Position numbers and translations under genes: made by a program. This document shows positions 8,966-17,902 of a DNA stretch of 64,000 nucleotides, piece after piece. The stretch is taken from IMG/VR virus record IMGVR_UViG_3300042868_007959, positions 124,001-188,000 of that record; one strand, written 5' to 3'. Within the stretch, counting starts at the first letter, position 1. Each line of letters opens with the position of its first letter. The notes under the pieces were generated by a model. That model worked only from the letters and a program-made list of their open reading frames with translations. It had not been told where the DNA came from and did not search any database.

Positions 8966-9339
8966 GTATATTTTTTAAAAATTTCTAAATACAACTCTAT
9001 ATTTTTTTTACCTTCAGGATTTGCAGAATGTACATAATATTGTGGTAATGTATGTTCATTCTCTAAACAATATTCTACTAACCACTTAGCTGAATCATAA
9101 CCAGTTTTTTCCTCTAAATTCTCATATACAATACTTTTCTGATTTTCTTCTAAGTAATGATCATACGATAAATCATGATCGAATGATATAAACTTTGGTA
9201 AACCGAATTTCTGTATTGCGTTTATAAATTCGTAATAGTTACGCACTATAACCCAATCGTCATTTTTTTCATACAATGGATTAATTGTATTTTTAAAAAC
9301 ATCGTAAGGGACTCTTATATCATCTAAAAATAATAACAT
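8962..9339 (-). CDS. Cyclic-phosphate-processing receiver-like domain protein
   Basis: LFLDDIR, WVIVRNY, ISFDHDL, TGYD.AKWL, VHSANP.G motifs. Confidence 0.85.
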   Translation of the reverse strand: MLLFLDDIRVPYDVFKNTINPLYEKNDDWVIVRNYYEFINAIQKFGLPKFISFDHDLSYDHYLEENQKSIVYENLEEKTGYDSAKWLVEYCLENEHTLPQYYVHSANPEGKKNIELYLEIFKKYT

Positions 9340-9340
9340 A

Positions 9341-9604
9341 TTAACAGTATTTTTTATTTAGAAATTCATCAATATCTGCACCACAAGAACAACTCTTAGT
9401 TTCCACATTAAATTGACATCCTTTTCTTACACTTAATTTATTTAACATAAATACGTGTCTTTGGGATTCTAAGTCATTATAGTCTTCATCATACCCAACA
9501 ACTGTTTTAACCCTCATAGGTTTTAAAATTCTTTCTTTTTTAGAAATAATATTTAATTTTCTCATTAAAATTAAAACATTAGTCTTTACCCCACCTCTTT
9601 CCAT
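9341..9604 (-). CDS. Small hypothetical protein with C-x7-CxC motif
   Basis: GCQFNVETKSCSCG. Host-type promoter upstream. Confidence 0.65.
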   Translation of the reverse strand: MERGGVKTNVLILMRKLNIISKKERILKPMRVKTVVGYDEDYNDLESQRHVFMLNKLSVRKGCQFNVETKSCSCGADIDEFLNKKYC

Positions 9605-9621
9605 ATATTTTTATTTTAAAA

Positions 9622-9653
9622 CAAATGTATAACAAATTTTTGACTATAACAAA
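9622..9653 (-). promoter_or_regulatory. Bacteroidota-type promoter
   Basis: TTTG-20 nt-TACATTTG. Confidence 0.6.
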
Positions 9654-10594
9654 CTTTCTTTAATTTTTTTTGCGGTAGTTAAAATATCAATGACACCTTT
9701 CTTACCTAATTTCTGATTAATGTCTGAAATATCATAACCCTCTGGTAGTTTAATAATCATAACTCTATTCATAAGTTTAGTAGAGTTTAATCTCTTATAT
9801 AGTTTAATTGCATCATTATGAGCATCTGAATCTAATAATATGATAACCTTACATTCCGCTTTCTTTACCAAACGAATAAATAGGTTTTCACTCATAACTT
9901 TACCTAACATTGGTATACTATTAGGTACCACTATGTGATCGAATACTCCTTCTACTATGTAGATATTTGAATCCCAAATAACTAAATTTTCGTTAAAAAT
10001 TATTTCTGATTTAGGTATATCAGGATTTTTATATTTTAGTTTACTATATTTATCATAACTCCTACCTAAAAAATAATTAACATCTCCATGTATATCGTAT
10101 GATGGAAATATTACCCTACCACCATAATCACCATTTTCACAATAACCTATATTATATTTTTTTATGGTTTCTAACCCTATATTCCTTTTCTGTAGATACT
10201 CCATTGATTTTCTATATCCCTCAGTAAATGTCTCAATCGATAGTGGTTGGAACTCTTTGGGTAACCCCTCTAATATTTTTATTTCCTCTTTTCTATAGTT
10301 ATCTATTAAATCAGGAGTTACTAATTTATATTTTTTAATGTCAGATTTAGTACCATATTGTTTAATTAGTTTATGTATGGATCCATGTGTGTTATTAGTT
10401 TCTGAACATGCCCAACATTTATAAACATTACTCTCATAATTTATTTCTAAATTACCTTTACCATCTCCTTTATCTAAACCTTTAATATCATAAGAGCATA
10501 CTGGACAGTCAAAAGAAATTTGTGATTTTTCTCTATAATGTTTTTTAGATTTACCTAAAACACCTTCTAATATTTCTACTACTAGTTCTGACAT
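9644..10594 (-). CDS. dnaG: DNA primase (zinc-binding domain + TOPRIM)
   Basis: CPVC...CWAC, RVIFP, GRS, KYKNP, IVEGVFD, LDSD. Confidence 0.9.
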   Translation of the reverse strand: MSELVVEILEGVLGKSKKHYREKSQISFDCPVCSYDIKGLDKGDGKGNLEINYESNVYKCWACSETNNTHGSIHKLIKQYGTKSDIKKYKLVTPDLIDNYRKEEIKILEGLPKEFQPLSIETFTEGYRKSMEYLQKRNIGLETIKKYNIGYCENGDYGGRVIFPSYDIHGDVNYFLGRSYDKYSKLKYKNPDIPKSEIIFNENLVIWDSNIYIVEGVFDHIVVPNSIPMLGKVMSENLFIRLVKKAECKVIILLDSDAHNDAIKLYKRLNSTKLMNRVMIIKLPEGYDISDINQKLGKKGVIDILTTAKKIKESLL

Positions 10595-10600
10595 TTAATA

Positions 10601-10608
10601 CAAAGATA
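10601..10608 (-). promoter_or_regulatory. Bacteroidota-type -7 box TATCTTTG
   Basis: 6 nt before the primase ATG and downstream of a terminator. No clean -33 box. Confidence 0.55.
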
Positions 10609-10637
10609 GTAAAATTCTAAAGAAAAAAAAATATATT

Positions 10638-10668
10638 AAAAAAAAATATCGCCTAAAAAGACGATATC
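10638..10668 (-). terminator. Intrinsic terminator after ruvC-like gene
   Basis: ATATCGTCT-TTTT-AGGCGATAT plus T tract. Confidence 0.75.
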
Positions 10669-10694
10669 ACTAATTATCGGTATTTAAAACGATA

Positions 10695-11327
10695 TTATTT
10701 CCACTTACCTTCTTTTCTCATTTGTCCTAAAACACATGCGTAAGCGTCTGTCATATCATAATTTTCTTTTACTAATTTCTGATGTTTATCGTACATCCAT
10801 ACAATTTGTGGTTCTCTTTCATTAACCCTTTCCCAAATAACTACTTTTTTATCTGTATCCCAAGAATAAGAACCAAACAACACTGGTTGTTTTTTATCAA
10901 TTTCCTTATCAGTATATGGTTCACCTTTTTTATTGTGGGTTCTAACCTGCATTAAATCAGGGAATGCGTATTTTCTAGCATCATATGATGATATAAATTC
11001 TGGTATAATATTTAAAACTTCGTATACTGATTTACATATCATCCCATTAAATCTTAATAGTGTTGACACTGTATTTACATTATTTGATTGCAATAAAGGT
11101 TCTTCTATAATAACTCTAGTGATATCGATATCACTATATTTTTCTAAAAACTCGAACTGAAAGACTTGTGCCTTTTTAATTAATAATTCAATATTGTCAG
11201 TAGGTTTGGGTTTAATGACAGGTGTTATATGTGTTAACATCTGTAATTTACCATTTTCACCGATATCCTCAAATAATGAAATACCTATTGTTTTAGTCGA
11301 AACGTCTAGTCCTAATATTCTACTCAT
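10695..11327 (-). CDS. ruvC: RuvC-like Holliday junction resolvase
   Basis: ILGLDVSTKTIG, VIIEEP, YDMTDAY. Confidence 0.8.
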   Translation of the reverse strand: MSRILGLDVSTKTIGISLFEDIGENGKLQMLTHITPVIKPKPTDNIELLIKKAQVFQFEFLEKYSDIDITRVIIEEPLLQSNNVNTVSTLLRFNGMICKSVYEVLNIIPEFISSYDARKYAFPDLMQVRTHNKKGEPYTDKEIDKKQPVLFGSYSWDTDKKVVIWERVNEREPQIVWMYDKHQKLVKENYDMTDAYACVLGQMRKEGKWK

Positions 11328-11347
11328 AAAAACTTTTATATAAAATG

Positions 11348-12643
11348 TTATATTATAATTTGTACATCGAAAACTACAAAATCATTTTTCTTTTTAACTA
11401 TGTGTCTATCTGTTTTACCCATTGCCAAAACATTTCCAGCTATATCTGTTATCGCCACTTCACTTATTCTAACATCATCATACACTGTTAATGTTTCATT
11501 TTGTGAGTTGTAAAATTCACCTCTTGCTGCGATACAAACAATATTCTGTACTAAATCCTTTTGTATACTATCGATTACTGTATTATATGTGCTAGCACTA
11601 TAATAGTAAAGTCCTAAACCATTATTTATTATATCTGTATCCGTATCACCAATAAAATTAGTTGCAATATTATCAACTATTGTTGGGTTTGTTATTGCAA
11701 AAATACCTTTATCTAAATAAATGACTCCTGCTATTTCATCTGCATTAATGCCTGTTGATGATACTGTTTGGACATTTATTAATTCCTTACCGTTTAAACT
11801 ATATGGTTTAAATGTATCATAACCAGTTGACCAACTTTTAGTATTATCGTTATTAGGTTTTTTAATTTTATCTGATACTAAATATGAAACATTTATTTTT
11901 CTCCCATATATCGATTGCGGATAACTACTTTCATCTATATATTGGTTATCTAATTCAGTTTTTGGTATAGTTGTTCTAGGGAATGTACTATACAATTCAT
12001 ACGTAGTAATTCCTGTTGGTGTTCCACCAACAGTATATCCCGTATATACAGGTAAACTTATTTTTACACTTTTACCATCTATTATTTCACCGTATTGACT
12101 GTTATCAATAATACCCATTAATACTTTAGTAACCCCTAAACCACTAAAAGGTGTATCTGACCACCCACCATTTTGGGATGTGGTGCCTGTGAATATATTA
12201 ACAGTTGCGTCTTTAATTGGTAGAGATAAACTTTTAAAATAGTTTGAGTTTCCATTTGAATTATCGTTTCTATTAATTGATACATATGTTAAATTGGATC
12301 CTGTAACTATTGTTTCACCAATTTCAGAAGTTATTAAATTAACTTTAGAAGAATTAGGTTCTACAATTTTTTTTATAACTGGTGCAACTGTAACAAATAT
12401 TTTACTATATACATCAACATTCGATGATATATTATCATTTGTACTACTATTACTACCTAAATCACCACTATCAGCAGGTACCCTACCAGTAGTTAATTTA
12501 AAATTTGTATTGTAATTGGAATCAGAATCTCCCAAAATAAAGTGAGAGAAAACTGTATTTGTACCAGTTAATAATCTCTGTCTTCCAAGATTAGTTAATC
12601 TAGCCCTTATTGTTACTGTTGTTGCACTATTTATAAATCCCAT
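11348..12643 (-). CDS. Virion protein, tail-collar/fibre-attachment (P2 gpH N-terminal-like) fold with insertion
   Basis: N-terminal ARLTNLGRQRL..FILGDSD; C-terminal ISEVAITDIAGNVLAMGK. Paralog of the next gene. Confidence 0.65.
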   Translation of the reverse strand: MGFINSATTVTIRARLTNLGRQRLLTGTNTVFSHFILGDSDSNYNTNFKLTTGRVPADSGDLGSNSSTNDNISSNVDVYSKIFVTVAPVIKKIVEPNSSKVNLITSEIGETIVTGSNLTYVSINRNDNSNGNSNYFKSLSLPIKDATVNIFTGTTSQNGGWSDTPFSGLGVTKVLMGIIDNSQYGEIIDGKSVKISLPVYTGYTVGGTPTGITTYELYSTFPRTTIPKTELDNQYIDESSYPQSIYGRKINVSYLVSDKIKKPNNDNTKSWSTGYDTFKPYSLNGKELINVQTVSSTGINADEIAGVIYLDKGIFAITNPTIVDNIATNFIGDTDTDIINNGLGLYYYSASTYNTVIDSIQKDLVQNIVCIAARGEFYNSQNETLTVYDDVRISEVAITDIAGNVLAMGKTDRHIVKKKNDFVVFDVQIII

Positions 12644-12653
12644 TTTTTTTTAT

Positions 12654-14897
12654 TTAAAAATCTATTGTTAATTCTATTGAAGCCGTGGTAGAATCAGCCA
12701 ATCTTATTGGTCTCGAAAGTTTACCTACTAAAACTAAGTTTTGGTTATTGTCTAATATCCCTATTTCACTTATGTATCTATCATCACCAAATTCATAAGT
12801 AGGATTACTACTAGATGAAATAGTTGCCCCATCTACGTTTATATTAAATAAAGATTTATAAATGGTTGCACCTATATGTGTTCTAAGGTTACCATAGAAT
12901 AATCTTTCATCACCTAAAGTCATTTTATCATAGTAACTTGCATTTGGCATATCTAGTTCTACCCCTAAATTGAAGTTAGTAGATCCTGTGAATAATGAAC
13001 CTGTCATTATAAATCCAGTGATGTTAGGATTTTGATTTTCAAATAAAAGTGGATTTATTGTTTCCCCACTGTTACCTGTAATATTTGGAGATGTGAAGTC
13101 CATAACTTTCCAATTAGATGGAACTGGTCTAGACTGACTATTTAAATCTACTACTTGTGCAATAACTTTAAATGTATCCGCAAAGAAACCAAAACCATCA
13201 TATAAAACATCTTCTCTTTTTCTCATGTAAGGTAACTCACCTAAATTGTTTATTCTGAATTGTACATCTTTATCCGAACTAGTTGTATTATCTATTACAG
13301 TATATCTTTGAGATGGTAAGAATGGTGTTGTTACAGTTGTTGTACCTGTTGATCCTGTTCCTGTATTTTCTAACCAATAAGTTAAATACATTCTTTCACC
13401 AGATTTAAGGACACCCGTACAGTTACCATTAACTGGTGTGATTAATTCCGCAGCCAAATCAGGTAATGTAAAATTCCTATTTGATGCATAAGACATAGAT
13501 GCAATCAATTCCTCATTATCTATAACTACTATTTGTAATTGTGGGAATACTTTACCAACTGTTAATGGTAGTGTTGGTGATACAGACATACCACTGTACT
13601 CTATTAAATCATAATATTCAATGTCATTATTAGAAGATAATGTTTTCTTTATAGTATCTGAAGTAAATCTCATTCCTAATGTTGTCCCACTTGCAGTTCC
13701 AACATCATTTCTTCTATGCCACATCACTGGTATATCTAAATTTAATAATTTACCTGTCTCACCGTCAATATAGAATTGTTCCCCATAAAAATTGGAGATA
13801 CAACTATTTGAATAATGTATAATAGAGATTGATTTTTTATAAGGATCCATATAACTGATAGATTCGTTAACACCACATATAGATGTACCATCATTTGTAT
13901 CACATACTAAATTTTCATTATACCCTAAATATTGTTTCGTACCTGTATATTGTTCTGAACCAAACAAATTATGTTCGTGATAATTTATTGGTGAGTCTTT
14001 AAATAATCCCGCAGGATTTTCTGTCCAAACATTATTCATATTCCAAACAGGTATATTTTCTACACAAATATCACAACTACTATCAAATGACAGAGTTCCT
14101 GTATTCCAATATGCAGTTAATGAATTTAATCCATAATAATCATCAGTAGGACTATCACCACCAGGTAATGTGTAATATGTAATAATTGTACCCGAATATG
14201 CACTTAATGTAGGTAATGTTCTATCTACTCTTATTGTGGATCCACTTAAATATGTGATATTATATGTTGTATTTATTGTTGCCGCAGTCATTGTGTCACC
14301 AGTGACATTACCCAATGTTGGATTACTAAATCTAAATATTATATAATCGTTAACACTTGTTGCCGTTAGAGGTGTGTCTAAAACTAAAATTCCTTGTGTG
14401 TAAGTTGTTAAATCATACGAACCATCAAACTTACTCAAATCTATTGTTCCGCTTTCTTTTATGAATCTATTTCCTGTTTGAGCAACTAAACCACTGTCTA
14501 CTGTTGATCCAGAAAAGAATCCTCTATCCTCAGCTTCGTTGGTTACAATACCTTTTATTAATTGTATATTACTTTGTTGATTTAAAGGGAAAAGAAACTG
14601 ATTACTTTGGTTCAATAAAAAGGTAGAGAAAAATGGGTTATCGTCTTTTGGTCTCAATACCTTAGAAAATATATTTTTTTGGATATTCCCATCTGCCTCA
14701 ACAAAATAAAATTCTCCTGTTGACGCACCTATAGACGGAACAAATTCTTTCCACCCCTTAACGTAATTGTAATCCACTTCCGAATCCCCAATTACGTAAT
14801 TACTGAAAGTTAATTGTCCTTTAGCTAATTGCTCTCTACCAACATCACTTAATTTTACTCTCACTAATGTTGTACTCTGTTTATTGATATAACTCAT
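12654..14897 (-). CDS. Virion protein, paralogous tail-collar/fibre-attachment fold with large insertion
   Basis: VKLSDVGREQLA..YVIGDSE; ISEIGILDNNQNLVLVGKLSRP. Late motif at 14914-14921. Confidence 0.65.
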   Translation of the reverse strand: MSYINKQSTTLVRVKLSDVGREQLAKGQLTFSNYVIGDSEVDYNYVKGWKEFVPSIGASTGEFYFVEADGNIQKNIFSKVLRPKDDNPFFSTFLLNQSNQFLFPLNQQSNIQLIKGIVTNEAEDRGFFSGSTVDSGLVAQTGNRFIKESGTIDLSKFDGSYDLTTYTQGILVLDTPLTATSVNDYIIFRFSNPTLGNVTGDTMTAATINTTYNITYLSGSTIRVDRTLPTLSAYSGTIITYYTLPGGDSPTDDYYGLNSLTAYWNTGTLSFDSSCDICVENIPVWNMNNVWTENPAGLFKDSPINYHEHNLFGSEQYTGTKQYLGYNENLVCDTNDGTSICGVNESISYMDPYKKSISIIHYSNSCISNFYGEQFYIDGETGKLLNLDIPVMWHRRNDVGTASGTTLGMRFTSDTIKKTLSSNNDIEYYDLIEYSGMSVSPTLPLTVGKVFPQLQIVVIDNEELIASMSYASNRNFTLPDLAAELITPVNGNCTGVLKSGERMYLTYWLENTGTGSTGTTTVTTPFLPSQRYTVIDNTTSSDKDVQFRINNLGELPYMRKREDVLYDGFGFFADTFKVIAQVVDLNSQSRPVPSNWKVMDFTSPNITGNSGETINPLLFENQNPNITGFIMTGSLFTGSTNFNLGVELDMPNASYYDKMTLGDERLFYGNLRTHIGATIYKSLFNINVDGATISSSSNPTYEFGDDRYISEIGILDNNQNLVLVGKLSRPIRLADSTTASIELTIDF

Positions 14898-14936
14898 TTC
14901 CTTTTATTTTTTAATAAATATTCTAAATTTTAATTA

Positions 14937-17843
14937 TTAGTATGTATTACCAACATTTGTTAGTACTTCTATCTTATTTGTGTCACTATATTCTACCGTA
15001 TAGATGGTTTCACCTATTATTGGGGTATAAAATTTTTCATTTTTAATTCTATATATAAATTTATCACCAGCAACCGCATTTGTCAATGTTACTAACTTAC
15101 TATATGTTTTTTGTCCTACCACATATTCCACAATTTCACTATATATCACATTCTGATAGTTTATATCTGATGGACTTGTAACTTCAATAGTAAATCTACC
15201 TAAAATTTCGTTAGAAGGTTCACTATTTATTGACCAACTCAATATAGGTGTGTTAGTAGATATTCCACCATTAATCGATGCATTAGGGACATAAAACGCC
15301 TCAATAATATCACCCATTATTAAAGTTTCTTCTAATATAATCCTTCTAGCGTCTGTAGTAGATTTATAATATTCAATATCTTTAGTTAGTATTGCCCCAT
15401 TTAAAGAAAAAACTACGTCTGAAGCAGGTGAACTAACTAAATAAAATTCATATTTTCCTGTTGTCGTATTATAATATACTCTATCGGATGTTAATTGATT
15501 TCCAGTTGTCCCGCTATTAATTAAAGAATTTATAGGATAAACATCTGCGAGTAAATCATTTTTCTTACTATCAACTATAAACGCATAAGTCAATATTTGT
15601 TTATCTAATGGTGTAAATAATAATTTTATGAATTGAGTATTTGCAGTTGTTATTGCACTATACTCAATGTCTTTTGCCAAAACAGAACCATTATAACTAA
15701 CTATCGGATCAGATAATCCATTCACTATATATTCAGTTTGACCTGTTTGAGTGAATTGTGACGATACTGTTAGTGTATTTAATGGTGGTGGTGACGGTGC
15801 AACACTATTATTAAAGATAGGTTTTTCCGCTGCAAAAATATTAATAAAATACCAATCTGTTTCTGGATAATATAAACCATATAAGTTACCTCTTTTATAA
15901 GTGTCTATATTATTTTTTCTCGTCAACTGTTGTTTAGCCAATAAAGTGTTTATATCATAGTTCCAATAAGATTTTATTAAAAATTCACCTTCTCCTATAT
16001 TGAATGTCGGAATAAAAATTGTATTTCCAGTGGTACCCGTTAAATCTTCATATGCCAATGAAAAATTATATAACGCGGAGGTGTTAAATGTTACACTATT
16101 CTGATTATACTTATAAATTTCACCATAATAAGATAATTTATTTGTATCAATAACACCATTAACATCATTTACTAATAAGTCGAATTCAAAACCAGTTCTA
16201 CTTTTAGGTGTAATGTAAACACATCTATCGCAAGATAAAGATTTTGTTGTAACTACATTCGGTAACCCCCAATATGAGGATGTTCCTGTTATAGTAGTAG
16301 ATGTTAGACTTAATGCATCAATTTCAAAATTACATTGTACCCCTAACCCATTTGGTCTATGTATAATATGTAAATTAGTATTGTTAAAATCTGCAACATA
16401 AATTCGTTCATCAGGACCCATTTGCAATGCCCCTAATGTTGACCCACTTATATCTGCAACTGTTATTACATTTTCTACCATATCGGTTGCGGATGTATAT
16501 GTTAAATCAAACTGATGAACTTTTTCACCTGCACCATCCGTAACATAGAACTTTGATGAATCGGATGAAAACTCTAACCCATATGGTCCAACATTGAATG
16601 TCATTCCCGTAATTGTAATTAAATTACTCAAAGTACCCGCAGAAGATTCAAAATCTAAAATATCTATAATATCTTCATCATATAACAAAGATATTAGTTT
16701 TGTTGAGTCAGGTGATGTTTTCATATAACCTCTAGCGGTATTATGTACACTACCAATATTACTTATAATAGGTCCTGTCAATCCAGATGATGATACATTA
16801 AAACTATAATAAGTACTATCTCCACTAGTGTGGGTAATAACCCAATAACTTTCATCATTCATATTATTACACGCAGTAACCTTTTCGGTTATAGGTGAAT
16901 TAATTAACTTAATATTTTTAGTTTCTACTTCACCATCACCATTTTGTAAATCCATATTAACTACGGAATACTCAAACCCATTTGGTGATCCATTGTAGTC
17001 TGTAGTAAAAATAAAGTATTTATTTGATTCAGGTTTTGGTACAATAATTGCCGATTGTGTTGATGTTCCTGAACTTGATAATCCAGTACCGTTTACCATT
17101 ATTGTATTTCCACTAGTATAAACAGTTTCACCATTAGTATAAAATAACAACTCACCTATCTGATTAGATATTGATGATGATCCTTCTTGTGTCACCATAC
17201 CACCACTAAATATAACGGGTTTATTTCCCGTTATAATAGGATTAAAACTAATTCCTACATTTTTTCCGAATAACCAATTATAGTTAATTCTATCATAAGT
17301 ATAACCAGTATAAGTAACTGGTCCACATAAAGTATCCGCAGTTGTCGGAGGTATTTTACGAACACCTCTCATAGTTATTTGAGGGAAATCAAAACTATCA
17401 AAATCTGATCTTTCAATATGCACATATTTTGCGTCATTACTAATATCTAATTCCCAATTATAACTTTCATTTCTACTAGATAATAATTTATATTTTTTAC
17501 CTCCATCTACATAACTTATTTGATTATTTGGGAGTATCGGTTCTAATGATGAACTATCACTACTATTTCCCGATAAAGATAAAATAATAGTTTTTTCAGT
17601 TAACCTATCCCTAAATATAGATTGACCATATTTACCTGGATTAGAAATTAAAAAAATATCGTTTACCATAGTTAAATTAGTCGGTAAAAATAATGCAGAT
17701 TCCGTTTCTAAGAATGGTGACAACGATGCCGCTTGATAAGTTATATCAGTACCCACTCTAATCAATACAGGTGCCTCTATCTCGTTAATTATCTCACCCC
17801 TAGTATTTATAGGATTAATTATTTTACCACTTATTTTTGCCAT
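14937..17843 (-). CDS. Virion protein with Bacteroidota-type beta-propeller and C-terminal phage fibre/baseplate repeats
   Basis: NWLFG, GELLFYTNG, STQSAIIVP, YSVVNM, YWVITH, GYMKTSPD, YGLEFS, GALQMGPD, GLPN; repeats YNGSVLAKDIEY / LNGAILTKDIEY. Confidence 0.75.
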   Translation of the reverse strand: MAKISGKIINPINTRGEIINEIEAPVLIRVGTDITYQAASLSPFLETESALFLPTNLTMVNDIFLISNPGKYGQSIFRDRLTEKTIILSLSGNSSDSSSLEPILPNNQISYVDGGKKYKLLSSRNESYNWELDISNDAKYVHIERSDFDSFDFPQITMRGVRKIPPTTADTLCGPVTYTGYTYDRINYNWLFGKNVGISFNPIITGNKPVIFSGGMVTQEGSSSISNQIGELLFYTNGETVYTSGNTIMVNGTGLSSSGTSTQSAIIVPKPESNKYFIFTTDYNGSPNGFEYSVVNMDLQNGDGEVETKNIKLINSPITEKVTACNNMNDESYWVITHTSGDSTYYSFNVSSSGLTGPIISNIGSVHNTARGYMKTSPDSTKLISLLYDEDIIDILDFESSAGTLSNLITITGMTFNVGPYGLEFSSDSSKFYVTDGAGEKVHQFDLTYTSATDMVENVITVADISGSTLGALQMGPDERIYVADFNNTNLHIIHRPNGLGVQCNFEIDALSLTSTTITGTSSYWGLPNVVTTKSLSCDRCVYITPKSRTGFEFDLLVNDVNGVIDTNKLSYYGEIYKYNQNSVTFNTSALYNFSLAYEDLTGTTGNTIFIPTFNIGEGEFLIKSYWNYDINTLLAKQQLTRKNNIDTYKRGNLYGLYYPETDWYFINIFAAEKPIFNNSVAPSPPPLNTLTVSSQFTQTGQTEYIVNGLSDPIVSYNGSVLAKDIEYSAITTANTQFIKLLFTPLDKQILTYAFIVDSKKNDLLADVYPINSLINSGTTGNQLTSDRVYYNTTTGKYEFYLVSSPASDVVFSLNGAILTKDIEYYKSTTDARRIILEETLIMGDIIEAFYVPNASINGGISTNTPILSWSINSEPSNEILGRFTIEVTSPSDINYQNVIYSEIVEYVVGQKTYSKLVTLTNAVAGDKFIYRIKNEKFYTPIIGETIYTVEYSDTNKIEVLTNVGNTY

Positions 17844-17902
17844 TTATTTTTTGTTTTTAAAAACAATATCGTTATTAATAAATATTAGTTTTTATATTAT
17901 AA

